A DNA stretch of 64,000 bases, taken from Candidatus Harrisonbacteria bacterium. GTDB lineage: Bacteria > Patescibacteriota > Minisyncoccia > UBA6257 > 1-14-0-10-40-38. The position numbers were made by a program, and so were the translations under genes. The notes beneath the pieces are model-generated. The model was not told the DNA's origin. It ran no database searches and worked only from the letters and a program-made list of their open reading frames with translations. Below are positions 25,201-33,836 of this stretch, in pieces; position 1 is the first letter of the stretch, and every line of letters starts with the position of its first letter. Where the stretch lies: positions 131,517 through 195,516 of the forward strand of contig JAHFLD010000002.1 in assembly GCA_023245035.1 (NCBI GenBank). The letters run 5' to 3'.

Positions 25201-27628
25201 TAAGTTGTTCGTGCATGAAGGGCTTGGTTTCGCAAGAGGCTATACCGCCGGTAACGATGGCATTGGGAAAAGTTCCGGGGAGACAGCCATTGTTGATGGA
25301 GTTTTGTTCGCCGGTCAAAAGGGCGTTGAGGTGCGAGGTGATGGCGCCGATATAGAGCGGTTTTTTGGTCAACTTAGCGGCAATAGCAAGTAAGGCTAAC
25401 TTGCCCTGGCCCTCAATTCTTTCTCCGCCATTGTTGATGTAGGTAGCCGGAGTGGAGGCCTGGGCAACGTTGTTGGCGTGAGTAGTTAGAGTTTTGAAAG
25501 CATCAAGATCTCCGGTTAATAAGTAGAAGGCGGAGTCGCTTTCGTACCAAAGATGCGCCTCGGCGTAGAAGTTGCGCCTTTGATAACCGTTTTCATACAT
25601 TCGCCGTTCGGCGGTGGCGGAACCAAAAGTGTGGGAGGTTCCCAAAGTTAGCGCGTCGCGTTCGCGCAGACGGGCAAAATCTAGATAGCGATAATCCGAA
25701 GGATCTCGCAGGAAGTGGCCGAATTCGTGAATGCCATAATGGTTGTTGTCGCTGTCGCCGCTGGCCCAGGTATGCGTTCCGGCATAACGAATTCCCCACG
25801 CAGGGTTGCCGCCAAAGAGCGCGCCGTCAACTTCAAAATAATTGGTACAGCTTCTTAAAATACTGGCGCCGAGACCGGAGGAGACAGCTGATTGGTCAAC
25901 CTGAACTTTGATGAATTGTTCGGCGCGGTTGAAGGCGGTTTGAAGGTTGGCCGGAACATTGGAAGCGGCCGAGCTCCAATTTCGCTTTGGCGGCAAGGGC
26001 ACCGGATAGGAGCCAATGTTGTTCGAGAGATATTCGGTATCGGAGGGGGTGGCGATAATCGGATATTTGAGAGCGAGAATGGTGTTGCTTAACTCGCTCT
26101 GGGTGAGCGGCGAGGCGCTAAAAACCAAATAAATATCGTGCCAGAACTTGTCACCGCCGGCGAGGACGTGATTGGCGGTGGTATTCACGGTGTCGCTTGG
26201 CGTAGCAAGGTTAATGGTTTCCGGATCAACAGATTGAGAGAGTTGCGAACTATTATTCCAATTGGGGTCGCTGGTGCCGCCAAGAACATTGGTGCGGAAG
26301 TAAGGTTCATAGGTATATTCCGCCGAGGTCTGACTATTTCCCGGAAAAAGCGAGATGCCGATTTTATTTTGTCCGGCAAAAAGATCTTTGGGATTAGTTT
26401 CCCAGAAGTAATCCAGACCAACGCCAAGTCCGCCATTGGTTCCGGAAATGCGTCCGGCTCCCAAGGCGCGGGTTTGAGGCGACTGCGCGACAAGCGATCC
26501 GCTTTGATAAGTTTTGGTATAAAAGTTGTCCAATAAATTTCCCGGGGAGCTGTCGGCTGGAGTTTGCACCAGGGCGTTGTGCCAGGATTTTTGCTTGTCG
26601 GCCGGCAGAGCGCGCTGGGTGTAAAAAATATCTTGAGTCGGCGCGACATAGGTTTCGCCGTCAAAGCCAACGGTTTGAGATCCGACAAGAAGCGGATTCA
26701 TAACCATAGAAAGTTCTTTAAAGTAGGCCGGGTTGGGAGTGGCGCCTTGGTTTGGCGGATATGGTTCGCCGCCGGATAAGTTGTTTTCCAAAATAACTCT
26801 TTGGACGACTTCGGCTCGGCCGGCGAAGAAGGTCAGCCGTATGGTCGCGTTGAGCGAATTGGATAATCCGTTGTTGAAGAAGCCGGTGATTTCGGCAATG
26901 GCGCGAAGCGGACCCGATTCAATCAAATTGAATCCCGTGGGCTGAAAGTTGTAAAAAGAGCTTCCGCTTACATCGTCCTTGGCGCGCATTTGGAGGCCGG
27001 TATTTGTTCCGGGCGCGATAATTTGCTGGCCGTTCACGGTTACTTGGTCAAAGATTGAATAGGAGTTGGCGCTAGATGGATTGGTCTTGGCTATTTTAAA
27101 AACTCCGGGGCCGGTGCTCACGGTCAAAAATGAGCCGTCGTTTTGAGTTATGCCGATTGGGGTGGCGCTTGAAGCCGATTGGCTGATACCTGAACCGCAT
27201 TCCACGGTGTAATTGCTGGGAATGGAGGGAATTTGGAAGGTGACCAAAACCCACTCCAAAGGTTTTGAAGAATCATCAAGATCGCCGCGGCGCGAGAGCG
27301 GTTTGAACTGTGCCGGTATTTCTGAACCGCCGTACATCAAGCGGCAATTATTAACATTGGTAACCGTGTTGCTTTGGGGAAGCGGAACACCGGAGGAGGT
27401 GTAAGTTCCGGCCCGGGGCGGAGCGATGGAGTCACCGGCGACATTTTGAGTGGAGTTTTGAAGGGTAAGATTTACCGAAAAAACTGTTCCCGGAGCAACT
27501 TGAGCCAGCTTGCTCGAGCTGGATAGTTTAGCCAATTCTTTGTTGCTTGCCGTAAGCGCAATGTAGGCAGAAATTGCGGCAAAAATAATAAGCAAAAAAA
27601 CTCCCGCAAAGACAAAGGAACGTCGCAT
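22214..27628 (-). CDS. giant secreted protein with at least seven fibronectin-type-III repeats, Pro-rich linkers, a central alpha/alpha-toroid (lyase/hydrolase)-like region and a C-terminal peptidoglycan-binding domain
   Basis: 1804 aa. N-terminal signal/TM segment. Repeated ...NLSWTDNSSDETGFKVERR...YEYRVRATNNAGDSGYS... units, PPPPPP linkers, and a C-terminus ...LQSCLKNEGLFLGTPTGYFGRFTEISVKSFQARYGIVSSG (PG_binding_1-like). Confidence 0.7.
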   Translation of the reverse strand: MRRSFVFAGVFLLIIFAAISAYIALTASNKELAKLSSSSKLAQVAPGTVFSVNLTLQNSTQNVAGDSIAPPRAGTYTSSGVPLPQSNTVTNVNNCRLMYGGSEIPAQFKPLSRRGDLDDSSKPLEWVLVTFQIPSIPSNYTVECGSGISQSASSATPIGITQNDGSFLTVSTGPGVFKIAKTNPSSANSYSIFDQVTVNGQQIIAPGTNTGLQMRAKDDVSGSSFYNFQPTGFNLIESGPLRAIAEITGFFNNGLSNSLNATIRLTFFAGRAEVVQRVILENNLSGGEPYPPNQGATPNPAYFKELSMVMNPLLVGSQTVGFDGETYVAPTQDIFYTQRALPADKQKSWHNALVQTPADSSPGNLLDNFYTKTYQSGSLVAQSPQTRALGAGRISGTNGGLGVGLDYFWETNPKDLFAGQNKIGISLFPGNSQTSAEYTYEPYFRTNVLGGTSDPNWNNSSQLSQSVDPETINLATPSDTVNTTANHVLAGGDKFWHDIYLVFSASPLTQSELSNTILALKYPIIATPSDTEYLSNNIGSYPVPLPPKRNWSSAASNVPANLQTAFNRAEQFIKVQVDQSAVSSGLGASILRSCTNYFEVDGALFGGNPAWGIRYAGTHTWASGDSDNNHYGIHEFGHFLRDPSDYRYLDFARLRERDALTLGTSHTFGSATAERRMYENGYQRRNFYAEAHLWYESDSAFYLLTGDLDAFKTLTTHANNVAQASTPATYINNGGERIEGQGKLALLAIAAKLTKKPLYIGAITSHLNALLTGEQNSINNGCLPGTFPNAIVTGGIASCETKPFMHEQLMSGAMLAYRAASLNNSALLQLFGRMAAFEAQHGLTGGTGPANSYSPLEQIYIHNSTGTSGTPSQVDAMNLAAALAYYQELTGDTQYLSLLTQLFDEGTKWGYNDPNVPVDKNSAASYFAQTCRSSQYPGTEDKTRGKVQITLYPVMNFLAHYYDGGGSPPPPPPVNPPNAPSGLSGNSPSTTQINLSWTDNSSDETGFKVERRLLSGGTFSQIALTGANATSYGDTGLSASTAYEYRVRATNNAGDSGYSNNASATTQSPPTIPNAPSNLQLSASNPTTVILLWTDNASNEDGFIIRRSPTLNGTYVEIPINPPANTTSYTDTGLTPNTTYFYKVAAFNTVGVSAYTNPVSITTPNNNPTPPPENPTGLSASALNPTTVNLVWNDVSATEQGFIIERRLSGGAFSQLVTRPPDTVTYADTSVLPSTSYDYRLLAYNLGGNSGYSNIASVTTPATPPPATIPAQPSGLTATAVNSNAISIAWADNSNNETGFKIERRVGAGNFSEIAISPANSTSYFDSGRTAGTLYTYRVRATNAVGDSPYSNTASAVTPQSGSGGGGIIQSGNPPATPTALTASPINPNTLRLSWQFDSAGLSASELATTRVVVERLIGGNFVQVVNLSYTIHTFDDSPLTPGTSYTYRAVAYNSADTSSYSNQATAVTPSSPSGGGGSGPGGNPPTPPIVPPPIPPFIPVTPPIQPPPPPPSQTAYGTPSNLVATPMAPHRITLNWTDNANNESGFIIERSLVGPTSGWVLADTIPGNSIAWNDLNVITDVQHYYRILAFAGGSVSDYSNIASAVTNTNTVPPIPVAPARPFNLKAETLSDARVRITWEHADRAHIDGFKVEQSFDGLNFTQADSFARRDYWYRLFAPKYFADRYPFTVYYRLRAYNAGGDSSYSETASTVVTQNATPPPSATFTTLLYRGISGGEVTSLQSCLKNEGLFLGTPTGYFGRFTEISVKSFQARYGIVSSGTPFSTGYGLVGGRTRAKLNSVCSR

Positions 27629-27682
27629 GGATTATTTATTTAACTATAACACAACCAAATCTAAGGTTCGGGGAAAACTTTG

Positions 27683-28246
27683 TTAGCTAGATTGTTTTTT
27701 TGTAAAATCCGATTCGCTTAGCATCAAGACGATAATTAAGGCGAAGGCGGTGAGGGCCATAGTTGGAATGGTCACATAACCGAAGTTAAGAAAATATCTC
27801 TGAGCGCAGCTTGTGGCGGTGTCGGCGGAACAGGGCAGGAGCGGAGAGCCGCCAAATTGCAAATAGGTATGATAGACGGCGATCAGGAAACCGGGTATCG
27901 CGAGGGCCATCGCATAGACTCGCGGAGTTTTCTGCTTTAGAAATATGGCGGCGCCAAAAATCACGGCTTGAGGATAAAGAAAAATTCTCTGCCACCAGCA
28001 GAGGGTGCAGGGAATAAATCCAGCGATGTTGGAATAAAAGAGGCTGGCGGCAACACTGCCGAGGGCGACTAAAAAGGATAAGAGCGAGGCCCGCCGACCG
28101 CAAATCTTTTTCAACATCTCAAAAAAGGCGATTTTGTGGCCGAGTCTGGCGAGAACGAAACTCACCGCAAGCAAGATGACTAGAGCGTCCGCGATGACGG
28201 TCAAAAGCGAAAGAATCAGGTTGGTGGTGACTAAATAGGGCGGCAT
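27683..28246 (-). CDS. disulfide bond formation protein B-like (DsbB/BdbC family)
   Basis: Four TM helices with CTLCWWQR (CxxC) in the first periplasmic loop and PCSADTATSC in the second. The start was trimmed to MPPYLV (ATG 28244-28246), because the longer ORF would overlap the convergent neighbour. Confidence 0.6.
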   Translation of the reverse strand: MPPYLVTTNLILSLLTVIADALVILLAVSFVLARLGHKIAFFEMLKKICGRRASLLSFLVALGSVAASLFYSNIAGFIPCTLCWWQRIFLYPQAVIFGAAIFLKQKTPRVYAMALAIPGFLIAVYHTYLQFGGSPLLPCSADTATSCAQRYFLNFGYVTIPTMALTAFALIIVLMLSESDFTKKQSS

Positions 28247-28370
28247 TTGGGGGTGAGTATAACTCTGGTTGACTTTTGATACAATATCGGATATATTCTT
28301 GGGGTGGGTATCGGTTTGATACTCGCGCACCTTAATAAGTGAATACTTTTTTTCCAGCAAGGAGTTTCGT

Positions 28371-29714
28371 TTGAAGCCCGTCAATTCGTATGACAAGGAA
28401 AGTCTGTATCGCATTTTTTCTTCGGGCGCTGTTGGGAGTGAAAATTCCCGAGGAATACCCGACAGTCTGGCTTTTACAAAGGAACGACTTGAGGCCGTGT
28501 TGGGCACGAGTTTTGCCATTGGCTTCCGGCGCTTGAAATATCTGGAAAGGGCGGGGTTAATTACCGTCAATAAGGCAGGCATCAATTGCCGGGTAGAGGT
28601 AAATCTGCTTCCTGACGGAAGCACTGCGCTTGGCGATTATATGGCTTCGTTGCCCGGATCTTTGCTGTTGCCTGCGATTAGATCAGAACCGGTTGCGCCG
28701 ACGCCCGTCGCGCCACCCGAGAGGTCAAAGCTTTCGGTAGCCTTGAGTAAGGCGACTGAAACCAAACCTTTTTGGCCGACTGTGCCTGTTGATCTGAAGA
28801 TGCCGCTTGATGAGTCGCCAGCACCACGGAATGGAAACGCTCTTCAACTACCCGAAGGTGATGGCAGTGATTCGGTGATCGCAGTGGTGGACTTTGACAA
28901 TGTCGCCATTGGCGCCCAAAAGGCGGGGTTCAATTTTTCTTGGCGGCGTTTGATGGAATTTATTCGTTCTTTCGGTCGAGTCGTGCTGACGCCGGAGGTG
29001 TATTTGTCGCCTTATGCCGGGCGAAACAATAGTATTTTTGGTTTGTTGTGGGCGGCCGGCTTAAAGCCGATCATCTGCCCATTGCGCGGTAAAGATCGCG
29101 ATGACGTGGATCGCAAGATGATGAACGAAGCACGAACCATGATTGATCTGGCCGGTGTAACAACGCTCATAATTGTGAGCGGAGATGCCGATTTTGCCGA
29201 CTTGGTTCACTACGCGAAGAATCGCCGAATCAAGGTCGTTCAGATCAATGCCGCCGATTATCGGGATAACTTTGAAGGCGTGGACGCTCAACCGCGACTG
29301 CATCTGGCGCGAACTGAAGGCAGTTTGGTTCGAGCTATTGAATTGCTCGGTGAAGTTAGTGATCCGCAGAAGAAGTTTGGCAGTGGTTCACTACCGGCGG
29401 TGGAAGAGAAAGAGGCCATTTTTGTGGCGACGGTGATTAAGTTGCTGGCTGACCGCGAGAACAAGGATAAGCCGGAACCTTACCAATTATCGTTCAATCG
29501 CCTTTGCGAAGCGATGGGAATAAGGTTGAACAATATTCCGGATTATCGCCGCGTGACCGCGGAGAAACTTAGAGCGGCCCTTTCGGAGCTCAAGAATGCC
29601 GGTGTCTTGCGGAGAATCGAGGATCAGCACTTGGCCTTGACGTATTACCGTCTCGACCAAGAGCATCCAGTTACTGTTAGAGCTTTGTTGCAAAAGAGTC
29701 TTGCTAGCGCTTAG
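28371..29714 (+). CDS. NYN-domain (LabA-like PIN-fold) protein with an N-terminal winged-helix-like region and a C-terminal OST-HTH/LOTUS-like domain
   Basis: TTG start 6 nt after AAGGAG. NYN signature VIAVVDFDNVAIGA...TLIIVSGDADFADLV. C-terminal QLSFNRLCEAMGIRLNNIPDYRRVTAEKLRAALSELKNAGVLRR. Confidence 0.6.
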   Translation: MKPVNSYDKESLYRIFSSGAVGSENSRGIPDSLAFTKERLEAVLGTSFAIGFRRLKYLERAGLITVNKAGINCRVEVNLLPDGSTALGDYMASLPGSLLLPAIRSEPVAPTPVAPPERSKLSVALSKATETKPFWPTVPVDLKMPLDESPAPRNGNALQLPEGDGSDSVIAVVDFDNVAIGAQKAGFNFSWRRLMEFIRSFGRVVLTPEVYLSPYAGRNNSIFGLLWAAGLKPIICPLRGKDRDDVDRKMMNEARTMIDLAGVTTLIIVSGDADFADLVHYAKNRRIKVVQINAADYRDNFEGVDAQPRLHLARTEGSLVRAIELLGEVSDPQKKFGSGSLPAVEEKEAIFVATVIKLLADRENKDKPEPYQLSFNRLCEAMGIRLNNIPDYRRVTAEKLRAALSELKNAGVLRRIEDQHLALTYYRLDQEHPVTVRALLQKSLASA

Positions 29715-29805
29715 CAATTTGTGAGCTGGCGCGTCCCGCCGAGTTTAATTACTCGGCGGTTTTTTTATTGATTACGAACCCGCCTTCGCTCGACCTGCCT
29801 GCCGG

Positions 29806-29871
29806 CAGGCAGGGCTACGGGCGGGCCCGCCCGACTGAAAGTAGTCGTTCGGGCGGGCAAGTATACGAATG
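29806..29871. repeat. R2 long form, copy 2
   Basis: Almost identical to 9551-9617. Confidence 0.65.
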
Positions 29872-29885
29872 GAGTTGCATCGGAG

Positions 29886-30284
29886 CTAATTTTTAGAAAC
29901 CGATGGCAGGGTGCAGCCGGTTTTTTCGGCCAGGCGGACCAGCGGTATCTCGCCGGTTTCACGCGAGCCGTCCTGGAACTCCCAGGTTGGATAACCGTTG
30001 ATTTTTTTGTCTTTGCAAACAGCCAACTGCTCCCGGCCATCGGGGGTGGAACATTCAACATAGGGAAGCGAGTCAGCCGCGGAACCAAAAAGCTTTTTCT
30101 GATTAGCGCAGTGCGGACACCAAAAAGCGCCATAGAAAATCGCGCCTTGGTTTTTAAGGCAGACGGCGAATTTGGCAAGTTCGGGAGAATCAGCCGATCT
30201 TTTGGCCACCATTCCCACAACAACCAGAGAGGCGATGACTAAAATAACGAGCGTCACGATGTACCGTGGTTTCATGACCAGCAT
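29886..30284 (-). CDS. membrane-anchored thioredoxin-fold thiol-disulfide oxidoreductase (CPHC)
   Basis: N-terminal TM and the FWCPHCANQK active site. Likely the DsbA-like partner of the DsbB-like gene 1.6 kb away. Confidence 0.6.
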   Translation of the reverse strand: MLVMKPRYIVTLVILVIASLVVVGMVAKRSADSPELAKFAVCLKNQGAIFYGAFWCPHCANQKKLFGSAADSLPYVECSTPDGREQLAVCKDKKINGYPTWEFQDGSRETGEIPLVRLAEKTGCTLPSVSKN

Positions 30285-30401
30285 TCTAGCCTATATATTT
30301 TTAAATGACTACTATGTTAGCAACATTGGTGTCTCGCGCTTTAAATTGATTGACTACTTTTCTTATTTTGACAGAGATAATGCTGTTGTGTTATGCTGTG
30401 A

Positions 30402-31190
30402 TTGTTCTTTGAAAGCAACGATTTCGCAGTTTTGACCCAAAGGAGGCTAAACTTGAAAGAAGAAGCTAGCTCGACGAACAGCGGATTAGGAGATGCCTAT
30501 CCGCCGGAATATTGCGGTTTGAAGCCGATAGAAGAGCAAGTGCGAAGACTGACCGAGATTTTTGGTTTGAACTCTCTGTGGCATGTGCCGGTTCTTGAGG
30601 CCATGTTAGCGAATGCCGCCCGGCATGGTCTCCCCGCCGGAGCCGAGGGTTGGGGCGTTATTCCATCGGTTGACGCGCTCATGGAGAAGTTCATTCCCAA
30701 TATTCGGGGTGCCGAGGTGCGATATTGCCACGCGACGAACTTGGTTCTGGAGATGCTTGACGAAGAGTTCTCCCTCAACAACTACTTCGCCGGTCGATTG
30801 ATTGCCGAGAATCTTCGACGAAATGACATTCGCAAGTTTTCACCCGATCAGGCGGGATGTATCTGGCTGGCTTTTCCAATGCAGTTTGGCGCCTTGCGAC
30901 AAGGGTCGTCGGTTCGAGAGGTTAGAAGCGCTCTTGGCCAGAAGGAGTTCGGTTTGGGCGTTTTTGAGACGGCCTGCCTTCTGCTGACTCATCCGGAGAG
31001 ACTGTTGGGTGGCCCGTTCGTCGTTGATTGCGTTGGCGACGAGTTTTCAACGACGCAGAATGCCGAACCTGATTTTGACAGCGCCTTGTCGTTTGGCTTT
31101 AGTGTTGGCGGTAGGCGATTTGAACTTTTCGCCAACACCGACTCAACGCGCCATCCGGCCTACAGCGCGCCGACAGGTTTTGTGGTTTAG
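30402..31190 (+). CDS. hypothetical protein (GC-rich; possible distant relative of the 5271/50623 family)
   Basis: 262-aa ORF with high GC. Only weak motif resemblance to the family (KEFGLGVFE, GCIWLAFPMQFG). The true start is uncertain. Confidence 0.35.
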   Translation: MFFESNDFAVLTQRRLNLKEEASSTNSGLGDAYPPEYCGLKPIEEQVRRLTEIFGLNSLWHVPVLEAMLANAARHGLPAGAEGWGVIPSVDALMEKFIPNIRGAEVRYCHATNLVLEMLDEEFSLNNYFAGRLIAENLRRNDIRKFSPDQAGCIWLAFPMQFGALRQGSSVREVRSALGQKEFGLGVFETACLLLTHPERLLGGPFVVDCVGDEFSTTQNAEPDFDSALSFGFSVGGRRFELFANTDSTRHPAYSAPTGFVV

Positions 31191-31245
31191 CATGGTTCCA
31201 GCGGTTCGCTCACGCGAGCCGCTTTTTTTATGATATATTTCTTCG

Positions 31246-31620
31246 GTGGAGAAAAAATCCAGTTTAAATAATAAGTTATCAAAATTTCTGGAGTACGTTT
31301 TGGGCGATGTCTTGGCGGAAGTCTCCGGCATTCGTTCGCGGGCGATGTTTGGCGGTTATGGCCTATATCGGAACGGCGTTATTTTTGGAATTATTGCCGA
31401 GAGCCGGCTTTATTTCAAAGTTGGAGAAACAAACCAAGCTGACTATGAAGCTCGGGGGATGGGGCCGTTTACCTACGCAACGCCCAAGGGCAAAAAATAT
31501 GCCATGTCATATTTCCAAGTTCCCGAAGAAGTTATGGAGGATCGAGAAGAAATTGAGCGTTGGGTGGTCAAGGCGGTCGGCGCTTCTTTGGAAGCTAAGG
31601 GTAAAAAGTCAAAAAAATAA
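31246..31620 (+). CDS. TfoX N-terminal-domain protein
   Basis: RAMFGGYGLYRNGVIFGIIAESRLYFKV matches the TfoX/Sxy N-domain signature. 124 aa. Confidence 0.6.
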   Translation: MEKKSSLNNKLSKFLEYVLGDVLAEVSGIRSRAMFGGYGLYRNGVIFGIIAESRLYFKVGETNQADYEARGMGPFTYATPKGKKYAMSYFQVPEEVMEDREEIERWVVKAVGASLEAKGKKSKK

Positions 31621-31747
31621 CTTAATTTCGGTTGCTTTCTAATCGTTGAAAGCGCGCGGTTTTTTGACTTTATGATTAAAGTGCTGTATCATCAGGCGAC
31701 TTAAGTCTTGCCACCAAAAACTACTTTGGCGGCAAGCTTAGCAAACT

Positions 31748-33076
31748 ATGGAATCACCCAGCAATAAACCCAATGGGGAGCGCGTCATCGGACACAATGG
31801 CAAGGCACGCCACTCCTGGTTTGATGAGTTTAAGACTTCGTTGCGAGTCGGATTTTTTTTGACTCTGCGGGATTTACGGCGCGCCAATATCTGGACGACT
31901 ATCCTGATTATTTTCGTGATGTTCATCACCTTTTTGAATCTGGTCGTCATCGGCGGCATCTTGGTTGGTTTAATAGAGGGATCGGTCGTGGCCATCAACA
32001 CTCGCTATAGCGGCGACTTAATTGTTTCCCCGCTCAGAAGCAAGACTTACATTGAAAACAGCCAGGACTTGGTGAAGTTCGCGCGCGGGATGCCGTGGGT
32101 TTCGGATCTCACCACGCGCTACATTCAGGGCGCTAAAATTGAGGCAAATTACAAAGACAAGCTCCGCGAGACCGATATTACCGACAGCGCCGGATCGTTG
32201 GTGGCTGGAATTGATCCGGTCGCCGAAGATCGGGTTACGGGTATTAGTAAAAAATTAATCGAAGGGGAGTATTTGAACGTCGACGATTTTGACAAGATCT
32301 TAATCGGAGCCGATTTACTTTTTAAATATACGCCGATTGACACGCCGAGTTTTCGGACGCTGGAGCGGGTCGGCGCCGGAACCAAGGTGCGTTTGATTGT
32401 GAACGGCACCACGCGCGAGGTAATAATTAAAGGAGTTTTAAAGAGCAAGGTTGGCGAGGTGGATCAACGGATATTTATGGTAGATACGCAGTTGCGCCAA
32501 CTAATCGGACGCAGTGACTACAACGTGGACGAGATTGCGATGCGACTTAAACCCGGCACCGATCCGCTCTTTGTCAAAAAAATCCTGACCGAGGCCGGTT
32601 TCGCGAAGGTGGCCAAGTTGCAGACTTCCGAAGAGGCCCAGCCAAAATTTTTGAACGACATTAAACTGACTTTCGCGCTTTTGGGCAACGTTATCGGAAC
32701 CATCGGACTCGCGGTGGCGTCAATCACGATTTTTATCGTTATTTTTGTAAACGCGATTACCCGGCGGAAGTTTATTGGCATCATGAAGGGGATTGGTATC
32801 ACCGCCACGGCGATTCAGTTTTCTTATATTTTGCAGGCGATGTTTTACGGAATACTTGGCATCGGACTGGGATCGGCGTTTGTCTTTGGCTTTCTTCAGC
32901 CGTTTATAGCCGCTCATCCGATTAATTTTCCATTTAGTGACGGCATACTCGTAGCCACGTTAGGCGGGACCTTGTGGCGAGTCGGTTTGTTGCTTGGCGC
33001 TACTATTATTGCCGGTTATATTCCGGCGCGAATAGTTGTTCGCCAGAACACTTTGGATGCTATTTTGGGAAGATAA
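31748..33076 (+). CDS. ABC transporter permease (FtsX-like/MacB-LolE family)
   Basis: N-terminal TM, a large extracytoplasmic domain and three C-terminal TMs. Immediately precedes its ATPase. Confidence 0.75.
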   Translation: MESPSNKPNGERVIGHNGKARHSWFDEFKTSLRVGFFLTLRDLRRANIWTTILIIFVMFITFLNLVVIGGILVGLIEGSVVAINTRYSGDLIVSPLRSKTYIENSQDLVKFARGMPWVSDLTTRYIQGAKIEANYKDKLRETDITDSAGSLVAGIDPVAEDRVTGISKKLIEGEYLNVDDFDKILIGADLLFKYTPIDTPSFRTLERVGAGTKVRLIVNGTTREVIIKGVLKSKVGEVDQRIFMVDTQLRQLIGRSDYNVDEIAMRLKPGTDPLFVKKILTEAGFAKVAKLQTSEEAQPKFLNDIKLTFALLGNVIGTIGLAVASITIFIVIFVNAITRRKFIGIMKGIGITATAIQFSYILQAMFYGILGIGLGSAFVFGFLQPFIAAHPINFPFSDGILVATLGGTLWRVGLLLGATIIAGYIPARIVVRQNTLDAILGR

Positions 33077-33085
33077 AATACAATC

Positions 33086-33769
33086 ATGATTACCGTTCAG
33101 AATTTAATTAAATCTTATCAGAGTGGCGCCGGCGAGCTGGTGGTTCTAAAAAATATCGGCTTCAACGTGCGCCGCGGGGAATTTTTGGCGATTACCGGAC
33201 GTTCGGGCTCGGGCAAGAGTACCTTGCTTTATCAGTTGGGACTTTTGGATTATCCAAATTCCGGCAAGATTATCATTGACGGCTTGGAGACGAGCGCGCT
33301 AAGCGCGCAGGAGCGTACGGCGATGCGCCTTTTGGAGCTTGGTTATATTTTTCAGGACTACGCGCTTTTGCCCTCGCTTTCGGCCCTGGAGAATGTGATG
33401 ATTCCGCTTTTGATGCAGGGCATGAGTCCCAAGGATGCCAAAATTAAAGCCGTGCGAGCCCTGGAGCGAGTCGGACTCGGAGATAAGTTAGTTAATCTGC
33501 CAAGCCAACTTTCGGGCGGGCAACAACAGCGAGTTTCCATCGCGCGCGCAATCGGACATGATCCAAAAATCATATTTGCCGATGAGCCGACGGCGAATTT
33601 GGACAGTGAAACGTCTAAAGTCGTTTTGGACGCTTTTTTAGATTTGCATCGACAGGGACAAACGATTGTGATGGTAACGCATGAGCCGGAATATGCCGCG
33701 GTTGCCGATCGGGTCATCACTCTTTCGGATGGCGTTATTCACACGGTAGAGGAGAGGAGAGCGAATTAA
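33086..33769 (+). CDS. ABC transporter ATP-binding protein (LolD/MacB-type)
   Basis: Walker A GRSGSGKST, signature LSGGQQQR and Walker B FADEPTANLD. Confidence 0.85.
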   Translation: MITVQNLIKSYQSGAGELVVLKNIGFNVRRGEFLAITGRSGSGKSTLLYQLGLLDYPNSGKIIIDGLETSALSAQERTAMRLLELGYIFQDYALLPSLSALENVMIPLLMQGMSPKDAKIKAVRALERVGLGDKLVNLPSQLSGGQQQRVSIARAIGHDPKIIFADEPTANLDSETSKVVLDAFLDLHRQGQTIVMVTHEPEYAAVADRVITLSDGVIHTVEERRAN

Positions 33770-33836
33770 GAAGCGAGGGCGCGGATGTGACCGCGGGACT
33801 TGCTTAAATTATCACGCCGTTGCTAAACTTGTTGCA

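Noticed and set aside
22403-27404. Multiple 60-180-aa ORFs on the plus strand inside the giant gene (e.g. 24664-25203, 26185-26688)
   Set aside because: All lie antisense to, or out of frame with, a continuous 1804-aa minus-strand ORF with clear domain structure. Their Gly/Arg-rich translations are GC artefacts.
28247-28624. 126-aa N-terminal extension of the DsbB-like ORF
   Set aside because: It would overlap the convergent NYN gene by 250 nt and is non-hydrophobic. MPPYLV... begins directly at TM1.
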